A DNA stretch of 31,071 nucleotides, filler included, from Amphiscolops sp. MND2022 (lineage: Eukaryota): the NCBI GenBank assembly GCA_964187785.1. It is 2 parts of 2 records of this genome, joined end to end, with 100 filler letters (N's around TTAATTAATTAA, not from the genome) between each part and the next. Parts side by side here need not be neighbours in the genome. Positions count along the whole stretch, not along the records: positions 1 to 9,410 come from OZ076418.1; 1 more part is not named here. One strand, given 5' to 3'. Both the position numbers and the translations under genes were made by a program. Shown one piece after another: positions 1 to 9,510 of the stretch (its first letter is position 1; each line of letters opens with the position of its first letter). A model generated the notes under the pieces. The model had not been told where the DNA came from. It ran no database searches and saw only the letters and a program-made list of their open reading frames with translations.

Positions 1-252
1 GGCCCTGGGTACTGGTGGAAAAACTGGTTGCAAGAGCGCTATCAATATTTTTTGTCTGACAGAAAAATATTCTTCCTTTTCCATCTCTTCAAATCCAAGG
101 AGAGAAGCAAATGCAAGTCAAAATTACAAATTTGTTTGTCAAAGTAAAAGTTTTTCCTTGAAAGGAGTTTATTTTCTCATTGAAATGCCTACAATTTTGC
201 AATTTCTTTACTCTTAGTTTTTTAGGATTCTTTGTTGCTACTCTCTGAAGTG

Positions 253-519
253 ATGAACCGATCAGAATATCCGCTTGTTTGCCCGATGAATTGTCACATG
301 TGCTTGGCACCTTGCCATGACGTTAAAACATTACAGAGACATCTACACGATGTTCATTTTTGGCCCGTTCACGGAACTTTTGTGCACCAGAGAAAGTGCC
401 AACTACGTCACTTCTGTCAACAAAGCACGGACCACCAGCAATCTTCTAAAAAAGTTGATTTTCGAAACACTACTGGAATGTACTTTTCACTCAACCAAAA
501 AACATTGCACTTGCATTGA
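253..519 (+). CDS. C2H2 zinc-finger ORF, unit 1 (conserved Phe replaced by Cys; may be degenerate)
   Basis: ATG at 253, just after a TTTTTTAG acceptor-like site; CHMCLAPCHDVKTLQRHLHDVH. Function is not shown. Confidence 0.5.
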   Translation: MNRSEYPLVCPMNCHMCLAPCHDVKTLQRHLHDVHFWPVHGTFVHQRKCQLRHFCQQSTDHQQSSKKVDFRNTTGMYFSLNQKTLHLH

Positions 520-1046
520 TGTTGTTTTGGCAATCCTTTTTTGCTATCAAAATTCTACTTTTTGGCTATTTCGGATAACGAACGAAGTTGATTGTTCTGA
601 AGTATGAAGTGAACGTGTAAATTGTGCTTTTGATAAATTCATTCAAAGATTGAAAATCAAACTTAGGTATCATTGATGGCATGAAATTTTCAATGAAGTA
701 AAATTACATTCCAACACAACAGTGTTCGTATATGACGAAGGACCATCAACATCGAAACGAAAACGTCCTTCCACAAATCAGTGAGGCCACACCGGCCCTG
801 GGTACTGGTGGAAAAACTGGTTGCAAGAGCGCTATCAATATTTTTTGTCTGACAGAAAAATATTCTTCCTTTTCCATCTCTTCAAATCCAAGGAGAGAAG
901 CAAATGCAAGTCAAAATCACAATTTTGTTTGTAAAAGTGAAAGTTTTTCCTTGAAAGGAGTTTATTTTCTCATTGAAATGCCTACAATTTTGCAATTTCT
1001 TTACACTTAGTTTTTTTAGGATTCTTTGTTGCTACTCTCTGAAGTG

Positions 1047-1316
1047 ATGAACCGATCAGAAGAATATCCGCTAGTTTGCCCGATGAATTGTCCCATGTGC
1101 TTGGCACCTTTCAATGACGTTAAAATATTACAGAGACATCTACACGATGTTCATTTTTGGCCCGTTCACGGAACTTTCGTGCACCAGAGAAAACGCCAAC
1201 TATGTCACTCCTGTCAACAAAGCACGGACCACCAGCAATCTTCTAAAAAAATTGATTTTCGAAACACTACTGGAATGTACTTTTCACTCAACCAAAAAAC
1301 ATTGCACTTGCATTGA
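1047..1316 (+). CDS. C2H2 zinc-finger ORF, unit 2
   Basis: CPMCLAPFNDVKILQRHLHDVH fits C-x2-C-x3-F-x5-L-x2-H-x4-H exactly. ATG at 1047; acceptor-like TTTTTTTAG ends at 1019. Confidence 0.6.
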   Translation: MNRSEEYPLVCPMNCPMCLAPFNDVKILQRHLHDVHFWPVHGTFVHQRKRQLCHSCQQSTDHQQSSKKIDFRNTTGMYFSLNQKTLHLH

Positions 1317-1843
1317 TGTTGTTTTGGCAATCCTTTTTTGCTATCAAAATTCTTCTTTTTGGCGATTTCGGATAACGAAAGAAGTTGATTGTTCTGAAGT
1401 TTGAAGTGAACGTGTAAATTGTGCTTTTGATATATTCATTCAAAGATTGAAAATCAAACTTAGGTATCATTGATGGCATGAAATTTTCAATGAAGTAAAA
1501 TTACATTCCAACACAACAGTGTTCGTATATGACGAAGGACCATCAACATCGAAACGAAAACGTCCTTCCACAAATCAGTGAGGCCACACCGGCCCTGGGT
1601 ACTGGTGGAAAAACTGGTTGCAAGAGCGCTATCAATATTTTTTGTCTGACAGAAAAATATTCTTCCTTTTCCATCTCTTCAAATCCAAGGAGAGAAGCAA
1701 ATGCAAGTCAAAATCACAATTTTGTTTGTAAAAGTGAAAGTTTTTCCTTGAAAGGAGTTTATTTTCTCATTGAAATGCCTACGATTTTGCAATTTCTTTA
1801 CACTTAGTTTTTTTAGGATTCTTTGTTGCTACTCTCTGAAGTG

Positions 1844-2200
1844 ATGAACCGATCAGAAGAATATCCGCTAGTTTGCCCGATGAATTGTCCCATGTGCTTG
1901 GCACCTTTCAATGACGTTAAAATATTACAGAGACATCTACACGATGTTCATTTTTGGCCCGTTCACGGAACTTTCGTGCACCAGAGAAAACGCCAACTAT
2001 GTCACTCCTGTCAACAAAGCACGGACCACCAGCAATCTTTTAAAAAATTGATTTTCGAAACACTACTGGAATGTACTTTTGACTCAACCAAAAAACATTG
2101 TATTTGCATTGATGTTGTTTTGGCAATCCTTTTTTGCTATCAAAATTCTTCTTTTTGGCTATTTCGGATAACGAAAGAAGTTGATTGTACTGAAGTTTGA
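1844..2200 (+). CDS. C2H2 zinc-finger ORF, unit 3 (alternative C-terminal frame)
   Basis: Same finger. A 1-nt indel at the T/A run after the QQS codons changes the C-terminal frame relative to units 1-2. Confidence 0.55.
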   Translation: MNRSEEYPLVCPMNCPMCLAPFNDVKILQRHLHDVHFWPVHGTFVHQRKRQLCHSCQQSTDHQQSFKKLIFETLLECTFDSTKKHCICIDVVLAILFCYQNSSFWLFRITKEVDCTEV

Positions 2201-2635
2201 AGTGAACGTACAAATTGTGCTTTTGATACATTCGGAGATTGAAATTCAAACTTAGGTACCATTGATGGCATGAAATTTTCAATGAAGTAAAATTACATTC
2301 CAACACAACATTGTTCGTAAATGACGAAGGACCATCAACATCGATACGAAAACGTCCTTCCACGAATCAGTGAGGCCACACCGGCCCTGGGAACTGGTGG
2401 AAAAACTGGTTGCAAGAGCGCTATCAATATTTTTGTCTGACAGAAAAATATTCTTCTTTTTCCATCTCTTCAAATCCAAGGAGAGAAGCAAATGCAAGTC
2501 AAAATTACCAATTTGTTTGTAAAAGTAATAGTTTTTCCTTGAAAGGAGTTTATTTTCTCATTGAAATGCCTACAATTTTGCAATTTCTTTACACTTAGTT
2601 TTTTTTAGGATTCTTTGTTGCTACTCTCTGAAGTG

Positions 2636-2995
2636 ATGAATCGATCAGAAGAATATCCGCTAGTTTGCCCGATGAATTGTCCCATGTGTTTGGCACCTTT
2701 CAATGACGTTAAAACATTACAGAGACATTTACACGATGTTCATTTTTGGCCCGTTCACGGAACTTTTGTGCACCAGAGAAAGTGCCAACTATGTCACTTC
2801 TGTCAACAAAGCACGGACCAACAGCAATCTTCTTTAAAAAAGTTGATTTTCGAAACACTACTGGGACGTACTTTTCACTCAACCAAAAAACATTGCACTT
2901 GCATTGATGTTGTTTTGGCAATCCTTTTTTGCTATCAAAATTCTACTTTTTGGCTATTTCGGATAACGAACGAAGTTGATTGTTCTGAAGTTTGA
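2636..2995 (+). CDS. C2H2 zinc-finger ORF, unit 4, with a second Cys cluster (CQLCHFC)
   Basis: CPMCLAPFNDVKTLQRHLHDVH followed by KCQLCHFC; ATG at 2636. Confidence 0.6.
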   Translation: MNRSEEYPLVCPMNCPMCLAPFNDVKTLQRHLHDVHFWPVHGTFVHQRKCQLCHFCQQSTDQQQSSLKKLIFETLLGRTFHSTKKHCTCIDVVLAILFCYQNSTFWLFRITNEVDCSEV

Positions 2996-3054
2996 AGTGA
3001 ACGTGTAAATTGTGCTTTTGATATATTCATTCAAAGATTGAAAATCAAACTTAG

Positions 3055-3166
3055 GTATCATGGATGGCATGAAATTTTCAATGAAGTAAAATTACATTCC
3101 AACACAACAGTGTTCGTATATGATGAAGGACCATCAACATCGAAACGTCCTTCCACAAATCAGTGA
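3055..3166 (+). CDS. Putative short terminal exon of the zinc-finger unit (YHGWHEIFNEVKLHSNTTVFVYDEGPSTSKRPSTNQ*)
   Basis: Follows AAACTTAG (AG at 3053-3054). Open to TGA at 3164-3166 only in unit 4; units 1-3 have an in-frame TGA at the Gly codon. The matching donor was not identified. Confidence 0.35.
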
Positions 3167-4154
3167 TTCACCCAAAAGATTCGACATCCATATGGACTCT
3201 TCGTTCATCTGATGATGAAGCGCGCCACTCGGTTCATATTTTTTGCTTTTTCGATTTTCGAGTACTGTAAATTGACACTTGGAAGTCCTTTTGCTATTTT
3301 TGAGCCTAAGATATGGCTCCGAATTGGGCCGGTACCGGCTTGTTTCTCTTTTGAACGTCTTTAGGCGATTAGGAAGAATTGAAATAGGCCTGATTCCAGA
3401 GCATATCAATATTAAAGTAGGTTGCAGAAAAACACATTCTGCTCATTTTGATTTCGAGTATGACAATGTAACGACAACTCTTTCGCATTTTTGAACATCA
3501 TTAACCACTAATTAACCTCTCATCCAACACCCGACTGACGACGACTTCTCCAATCACGTGGGTAACTTTCATTTTTTAACACTTTCCTGCCTTCTTGACT
3601 CCTTCCGTTCAACCGTGCACGTCTAGATCAGAGGAAATTCAACACAGATTTGCACAAAGCCAAGACCCTCCGAGGTTAGCCCATGTTAAAGTAGAATGGC
3701 CTCCATTTGCCCGATGTGCTCACACTCTTACTACTTGTAGGCAACGTCGACCCAATTATGTTTTGTCTATAATCAATTTCAATACATGGAGGGCCGACCT
3801 TCATACAACCGGTCTTGCTCTCAGGTATACTACGAACCAAATTGTTGGTTTTTTCAAACATTTCGAGCTTGTTTAACATTTCGCCAAAAAAGCTATATGG
3901 AAAACACAATGAGCCGGAGGTGTAGTTAGAAATGTTCAATACGATAGTTTTCATTGAGTATTACATTTCTTCTGTTATCCACAGTTATAATGGATCCATT
4001 AACCATCCGTTTAGAGATTTTCTAACAGATGCCTTAGAAGTCAAAGCAAATACATTATTCAACTAAACAGAACCGGTTTCCCTGAAGTGCATATTGCAAT
4101 TAGAAGATACTCATCTCTTCGTCAACATTAGTTGCGTGACCTTCAAAAAATTAG

Positions 4155-4160
4155 TTTATT
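4155..4160 (-). promoter_or_regulatory. Candidate polyadenylation signal (AATAAA) of pirin
   Basis: TTTATT on the plus strand, 16 nt past the stop codon. Position only. Confidence 0.45.
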
Positions 4161-4176
4161 TCTTGTCCCCGGCGTT

Positions 4177-4346
4177 CTATCTCTCTCTGGCCTTCAAAGC
4201 CTCGGTGCCCTGTTTGGATTTCCAGCCCGGGGCTCTCTCGAATCCATTTTGGCCCTTGCGATAATCGTCGAATGTCTTCATCAATTCTTCCTCTGACGTC
4301 AGCACAAATGGCCCATGCTGAACCACTGGTTCCCCGATGGGCTCAC
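4177..4346 (-). CDS. PIR: Pirin terminal exon (G-EPIGEPVVQHGPFVLTSEEELMKTFDDYRKGQNGFERAPGWKSKQGTEALKARER*)
   Basis: Pirin C-terminal motifs GEPxxEPVxQHGPFV and NGFERAxxWKS. CTTTAG acceptor; TAG stop at 4179-4177. Confidence 0.96.
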
Positions 4347-4720
4347 CTAAAGCATAGGAGATTCATAGGACCATGTTGACAAACACACATCTTTCCCGGT
4401 TTTCACTGCAAATCATCACCCATGGTTAGTTGGTTTCAAACCAGAAAAATTATTAACCACCAAAATTATTATGATCAATATCAAATTAATTGAAATAAGA
4501 ATGTGGAAAACTGAGTGTATTCCGTTTACATGATAATTCCGTTTTTATTCATAATTCCTATTCCTACTTTCCTGAAACTGTAAGGTCGCATATTCAAACA
4601 ATCACTCAAAAAGTGTTCCCGATTTCCAAAGTTTTCAACTGCAAATTCAATTTCTCCACTATTACGCGCAAATGAGGTTCACACATTTCATTTCATTCAC
4701 AAATCTCAAACACAACTCAC

Positions 4721-4852
4721 CAGCAATAAAAATGAGTCTGGAATCTTCGGCAGAGGTTTCAGGGTTAGCAAACGAAACAGAAGTTCCGGAAGTAGAGAAC
4801 ACGGCAAGTTCATGCGTTTGGACTGTTTTGTTGTCACGCACCGTTACTTTAC
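4721..4852 (-). CDS. PIR: Pirin internal exon (G-KVTVRDNKTVQTHELAVFSTSGTSVSFANPETSAEDSRLIFIA-G)
   Basis: TTTCCAG acceptor, GTGAGT donor; 132 nt, phase 1 to 1. Ends in the typical (F/L)xxIAG before GEP. Confidence 0.92.
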
Positions 4853-5729
4853 CTGGAAACGAAACCAAAAAGCTCTTTCATGACATGGCTATACGATGAC
4901 AATTTGCATTCTTCAGACGCAAATTTTTTCTATTCATTTTGGTGGAACAGATAATTCATAATGCAAGGATCCTCTGCACTTTGCAGTGTATCTTAAACAC
5001 TTCCATAAAAAGTCCTGACTCGATAACTTATGGGCCGGAACCCAGTGCAACATGCCGGATCGTGGTTTTGGCACCAAATGTCTCTTTCAACTCCGGGTAT
5101 TTTTTAAAAACAATCGCACCTTATGAACAATAGACACAACGCCCCAGACATCCCTATTGAGAAACCGGCCTTCCAAACACGACACATAGAACCAGGGTCC
5201 CTACTACATTTCTAATCCGGAATTCAAGGTTTTCCAAAGTTATACTAATACAAAATTCAAGGTTTTTTCAACTGCAAAAATTCAGAAATAGAACTATTAA
5301 TGGATGAAAAATTTAATAACAACATAAATATGTATCCAAATTAAATTCAGATTCTTTCTTTGGTACAGGTCTGACCCAATTCGCGAAATCCAGATTTAGA
5401 TCCTTATCACACCAAATAGCTTGAAATGTACTTTTAGAATTCACTATATTTCTGTCTGAAAACAGATTAAATACAGACACGCAGACTTGTAAATACGTAT
5501 ATGTTGAACAAAAAAATTGTTACATAATTTACAAAATTCAAGGTTTTCTAGGTTTAATTTTCAAATTCAAGGTTAATCAAGGTTTTCAAGGTTCAGTAGG
5601 AACCCTGAGAACGAACCGATCCTTACAAATCCTTTTGGTATATATTTTTCCGAACCGTGACGAGTTTCCTTCGGAATATCCAAACTCTCATTATCTCGAG
5701 TGCACAACAGAAAAAGTACAATCACAAAC

Positions 5730-5928
5730 CCTGAATGACGTAAATGGCAGAGTTCCAACCAGGTTGAACAGGTTGGGTGAAACTAGATCCGGGTTTGAGC
5801 ACGAAGTCCAAGTAGTAAGTAGGAGTCAAGGTCTGAACTGGGCTTTTCACTCCCATACATTCCCCGGCAATCACCACGACTGATACCCCGTCTCTTTCCG
5901 CCCGGGGAATATCTTTGGCCTTCTTCTC
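5730..5928 (-). CDS. PIR: Pirin internal exon (EKKAKDIPRAERDGVSVVVIAGECMGVKSPVQTLTPTYYLDFVLKPGSSFTQPVQPGWNSAIYVIQ-G)
   Basis: Collinear with the pirin DGVxVxVIxGE...TPTxYLDF...GW region. TTAG acceptor, GT donor; 199 nt, phase 0 to 1. Confidence 0.95.
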
Positions 5929-6960
5929 CTAATAATAATAATTTAAACTATCTGTTAGTGATCATCTCAAAAAGACTATTTCACGTGGCTTCATGTCAAT
6001 TCTCAAGAAGGATTCAACTCCGAACTTCAGAACAAACTTTTCACACTTCCGGAAAAGGCAATTTAACATTTCCGTCAACTTGGACTTTTGAAAACTTTCT
6101 TCCACGCAAATTATCATCAACTCAAACTCTTCTGTTCAATTACTTTTATTCAATCGATGCTTCCTTTACCTTAACACTGAAATCTAACTTAAATAATCTT
6201 TTATATAAAATATTTTTCCCTTCAAAGAAATAGACTCCAAGATTGATCGGAACGGTCAATAAACATTAGATAATTGGTTTTGAACATTCCAAAATTCGAC
6301 TCTCCAATCAATCTGGGTCACTTCAATTGAGCATAACCGCAAAGATGAACGGATATTTATTGCAATATCGAACCCGCAACTCTTTTTCACTATCTGTTAT
6401 CCACAGAAGAGAAAAACTTGGATAGACAGCAATAGGCATCACACTGTACTAAAAAGACTTTCAAAGGCACATTGCCCGATTGACAAAAGCCTCGAACAAA
6501 TTAGGGTTCAGAATGAGGAGTGTTGCCGGTAAAATGTGATACAAAACTGTCATACAAATTGTGGCAATTTTATATTTACATAATGAACTGTTAGGATAAC
6601 ACAGCCGACGCTCATACCCTAAAGGGCCAAGGGGATTTTTTAAATCCTAAAAGATAAAAAGTAAAAGAAAGATGCATAATTATATCAACTTATTACATAA
6701 TATAACATCATTGCGTTTCAAGCTCCAAACAAAAACCATAACAAGCTGAGTCTAATTAAACGAAACTTCTCATTTGGTAAGACTAATGAGTGGTATTGTA
6801 AGATTGAAATGAAGCCAATATCGCCGAAATGAAGGGTTCATTCGTTATTTCCTGTCCTCGAACAGATATGCCACGATGTAAAAGTCTAGAATCTAGGATA
6901 CTGATTGCTTGCTGTAGAAAAGCGCAGCTTTAAAGTTTGTGTGGGTTTTATTCAATTTTT

Positions 6961-8036
6961 GGCTCTTTTCTGTTACCCCCCCCACCACCAAATTTTTTTT
7001 TATGGAAAATTAGTAAAAATCTTATACCAAATAGACTTATACCAAATAGAATACAAACCAGAAAGCTTGTTTTAAATTTATTCTCAAGGTGATAGTTTAG
7101 GATTCAGATACAAACTTTGTTCACACTTTTTCCCTATGCAGTCACGCTTTTTTGATGACAAAATCAACAGCTTCCTGTTTTGAGTCATCAATAAACACTT
7201 AATACGAACATAATTACAATAGTGTAAGAAATAAACTGAACCTTTATTTGTAAAAAAAGAATTGGACCAAAACAAAACTAGCTCTGATTTCTGCTATCAT
7301 CCAAGTTATTTGAAAATCAAATAAACAAACATTCTAAAATTTTGTTGGACACTTGAAATGTAGGTTTGCAAATAATGAAGAAACTTCCTAATTTCATTTT
7401 TCATTGATTGTATTTACTACTGAATTGGCATATGGGACATCATTTTGGACAATTTTGTACCATTTGGCACCTAATTTGGAACTTTTGTTTATTTGGCAGG
7501 TACTTCTTGATTTACTGAAGCCATTCAACTATTTTACATCAAGATAATTGGTATTATATAGTTTTTGAAAGGGGTTCTCTATTATTTCATTTTATTTACT
7601 ATCTTAATACGTGGGACGCTGTTATTTTTCGCAAAGATTGGGGATTATGTTTTCGGTTTTACATTTTTAACCGATAAAATTATTATCAAGAGAATCGGTT
7701 AATTAAGGCGATTATACCCATTATCTTAGACATTCAATTTGTCCTTCCAGTCCGTTAAATTCATGGGTGAAATAGAGAATGAACGAAATCCCCATGTAAA
7801 ATGCTAGCTCTGTTTACATGCAGTCCAAATTATTTCTTACAAATAAGGGTTCAGTTCTTTTCTTACACTATTGTATAGTCAAAATGTGTGAACAGTTTTG
7901 TTCAAGCGGAAAACTACTCTAATAGAAGTTAACTTCCTGTTATGAAAGAAGGTTTTACTTTTAATTAGGCTAGTCTAAAGTTTTTAAGGAAAGTTATTTT
8001 CAAAAATTTTGGTGGTGGGGGAAACAGAAAAGAACC
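6961..8036. mobile_element. MITE family A, copy 1 (GG-ended TIRs, 8-bp TSD), carrying a nested insertion
   Basis: Left end GGCTCTTTTCTGTTACCCCCCCCACCACCAAA; right end TTTTGGTGGTGGGGGAAACAGAAAAGAACC. CAATTTTT is repeated at 6953-6960 and 8037-8044. Confidence 0.88.
7217..7873. mobile_element. Nested non-autonomous element with ~50-bp TIRs and TA TSD (Tc1/mariner-type)
   Basis: CAATAGTGTAAGAAA...TTTCTTACACTATTG, flanked by TA at 7215-7216 and 7874-7875. The second family-A copy shows the empty site with a single TA. Confidence 0.88.
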
Positions 8037-8149
8037 CAATTTTTAGTTCGTACATACTGCGCCATGAGAAGTTTCGTTTTTACACAATCATTGTGACGTC
8101 ATCGATTGACGGAAGGACTGGACTGTATTCATATGGTATCTATCCTTAC

Positions 8150-8337
8150 CTGGTATCGAGGATCAACCATTTTGTCCTTGGCTTTGAGATTGACCCACAG
8201 CTGTAATCCTCGAACCTCGCCGGCATTTTTGCCTGGAATTTCAGAGTGTACGATTCCCTTTCCAGCTGTCATCCATTGAACATCCCCGGTTTCGAGAATA
8301 CCCGCTGCTCCAGTGAAGTCTTCGTGTTGAAACTTGC
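8150..8337 (-). CDS. PIR: Pirin, first visible coding exon (GKFQHEDFTGAAGILETGDVQWMTAGKGIVHSEIPGKNAGEVRGLQLWVNLKAKDKMVDPRYQ)
   Basis: Hallmark pirin motifs QWMTAGxGIxHSE and LQLWVNL. Acceptor CTAG, donor GTAAGG; its phase-0 end matches the next exon. Confidence 0.96.
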
Positions 8338-8479
8338 CTAGACCACAAACAACTCCTTCAAGTCAGAAACAGATTCGGACGGTTGTTTCAAAGTAAAACG
8401 AGCAGCTGATAAATTTTAATACGCGACGCTATTTCACGAACTGTAGCGAACAAGGTTTCGAAATTTACTCAAATGCAAT

Positions 8480-8632
8480 TATTCTGGAAATTGATTTGAT
8501 TGACTTTCTTGATTTCGATGCATGAGTCATTGTTTTTTGCATTCAGATTTCATTGCCAATTTTATTCATGATTTGGTGGAATCTTATCATGCATCAAAAT
8601 CAAGAAAGTCAATCAAATCAACTTCCAGAATA
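8480..8632. mobile_element. 153-bp hairpin/MITE with ~45-bp inverted arms
   Basis: TATTCTGGAAATTGATTTGATTGACTTTCTTGATTTCGATGCATGA pairs with TCATGCATCAAAATCAAGAAAGTCAATCAAATCAACTTCCAGAATA. Flanked by GCAAT direct repeats (8475-8479, 8633-8637); a TA TSD reading is also possible. Confidence 0.7.
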
Positions 8633-8859
8633 GCAATGTACTTCACGAGAACTGATATACATTTCTTTTCTCCGTAGTTCCATTCTCTACCTCAGGAGCT
8701 GTAGATCAACCTGTTGTCGACCAACAAGATTTTTTTAGTCTTCTGAGTAAGTGCCATATTTCAGGAAGGAAAGCTTTGAACTGTGAAACCTCGGGAGCAA
8801 CTTCATCGCACAACCATACTTTTAAAGGGATGTGAATAACCCCAGTTATGCCGTTTATT

Positions 8860-9301
8860 GGCTCTTTTCTGTTTCCCCCCCCCCCACCACCAAAATTTTT
8901 GGAAGTAAATTTCCTTAAAAAATTTAGACTAGCCTATTTAAAAGTAAAACCTTCTTTCATAATGGGAAGTTAACTTCTATTAGAGTAGTTTTCCACTTGA
9001 ACAAAACATTGTTCACGCTTTTTTACTATAATTATGCTCGTATTAAGTGTTTATTGATGACTCAAAACAAGAAGCTGTTGATTTCTTCATCAATAATGCG
9101 TAACTACTAGTAATAATGCGTACTACTATGTAGTACATATTGAAAAAGTGTGAACAAAGTTTGTATCTGAATCCTAAACTGTCACACTAAGAATAAATGT
9201 AAATTTGAAGCTTTCTGGTTTGTATTCAAGTCTTTTTGTTATTAGATTTTCACTAATTTTTCAAAAAATTTTGGTGGTGGGGGGGAAAACAGAAAAGAGC
9301 C
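8860..9301. mobile_element. MITE family A, copy 2 (442 bp, opposite orientation to copy 1)
   Basis: TIRs GGCTCTTTTCTGTTTCCCC...GGGGAAAACAGAAAAGAGCC. Perfect 8-bp TSD CGTTTATT (8852-8859, 9302-9309). The internal sequence is the reverse complement of copy 1 minus its nested insert. Confidence 0.92.
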
Positions 9302-9410
9302 CGTTTATTTTGATTTCTCAAAGCCTTTGATCTGGTTCCTCACCATAAACTTTTACAAAAATCAAGTGCGATTCTAATATGGGTGATCTTCATCTTGTGT
9401 GACAGGCAAT

Positions 9411-9510
9411 NNNNNNNNNNNNNNNNNNNNNNNNNNNNNNNNNNNNNNNNNNNNTTAATTAATTAANNNNNNNNNNNNNNNNNNNNNNNNNNNNNNNNNN
9501 NNNNNNNNNN
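9411..9510. other. Artificial assembly spacer (44 N, TTAATTAATTAA, 44 N)
   Basis: Symmetric N runs around a palindrome that places stop codons in all six frames; total exactly 100 nt. Confidence 0.95.

Larger units (their letters stand above)
1..3166 (+). repeat. Head-to-tail tandem array of ~795-bp units (at least 4; begins before the window)
   Basis: GGCCCTGGG(T/A)ACTGGTGGAAAAACTGG recurs at 1, 794, 1591 and 2383 (periods 793, 797, 792). Units align along their whole length with scattered substitutions and small indels. Homology stops after CAGTGA at 3166. Confidence 0.97.

Noticed and set aside
785-810. GGCC-ACACC-GGCC hairpin plus CTGG as a Helitron 3' end explaining the tandem array
   Set aside because: Only a 4-bp stem, no TC 5' end at the junction, and the array ends just before this motif.
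732-1010. MTKDHQHRNE... ORF repeated in the array
   Set aside because: Broken in unit 3, and it spans an AT-rich intron-like stretch. Several unit differences are silent in the alternative YDEGPST frame instead.
3134-3409. Minus-strand ORF containing RPISILP, resembling an RT motif
   Set aside because: A single short motif with no neighbouring RT motifs in any frame; could be chance or an unrecognisable relic.
3595-3954. Overlapping 92-93 aa ORFs on both strands
   Set aside because: No motif, no ATG or splice support, and length is within chance expectation.
5958-6620. Possible decayed coding sequence in the pirin intron
   Set aside because: Many stops in all frames and no recognisable motif.
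9370-9400. Minus-strand GAT CAC CCA TAT (DHPY) as the missing pirin DHPH exon
   Set aside because: Followed by a stop, lacks the RGFET continuation and the upstream GFP context.
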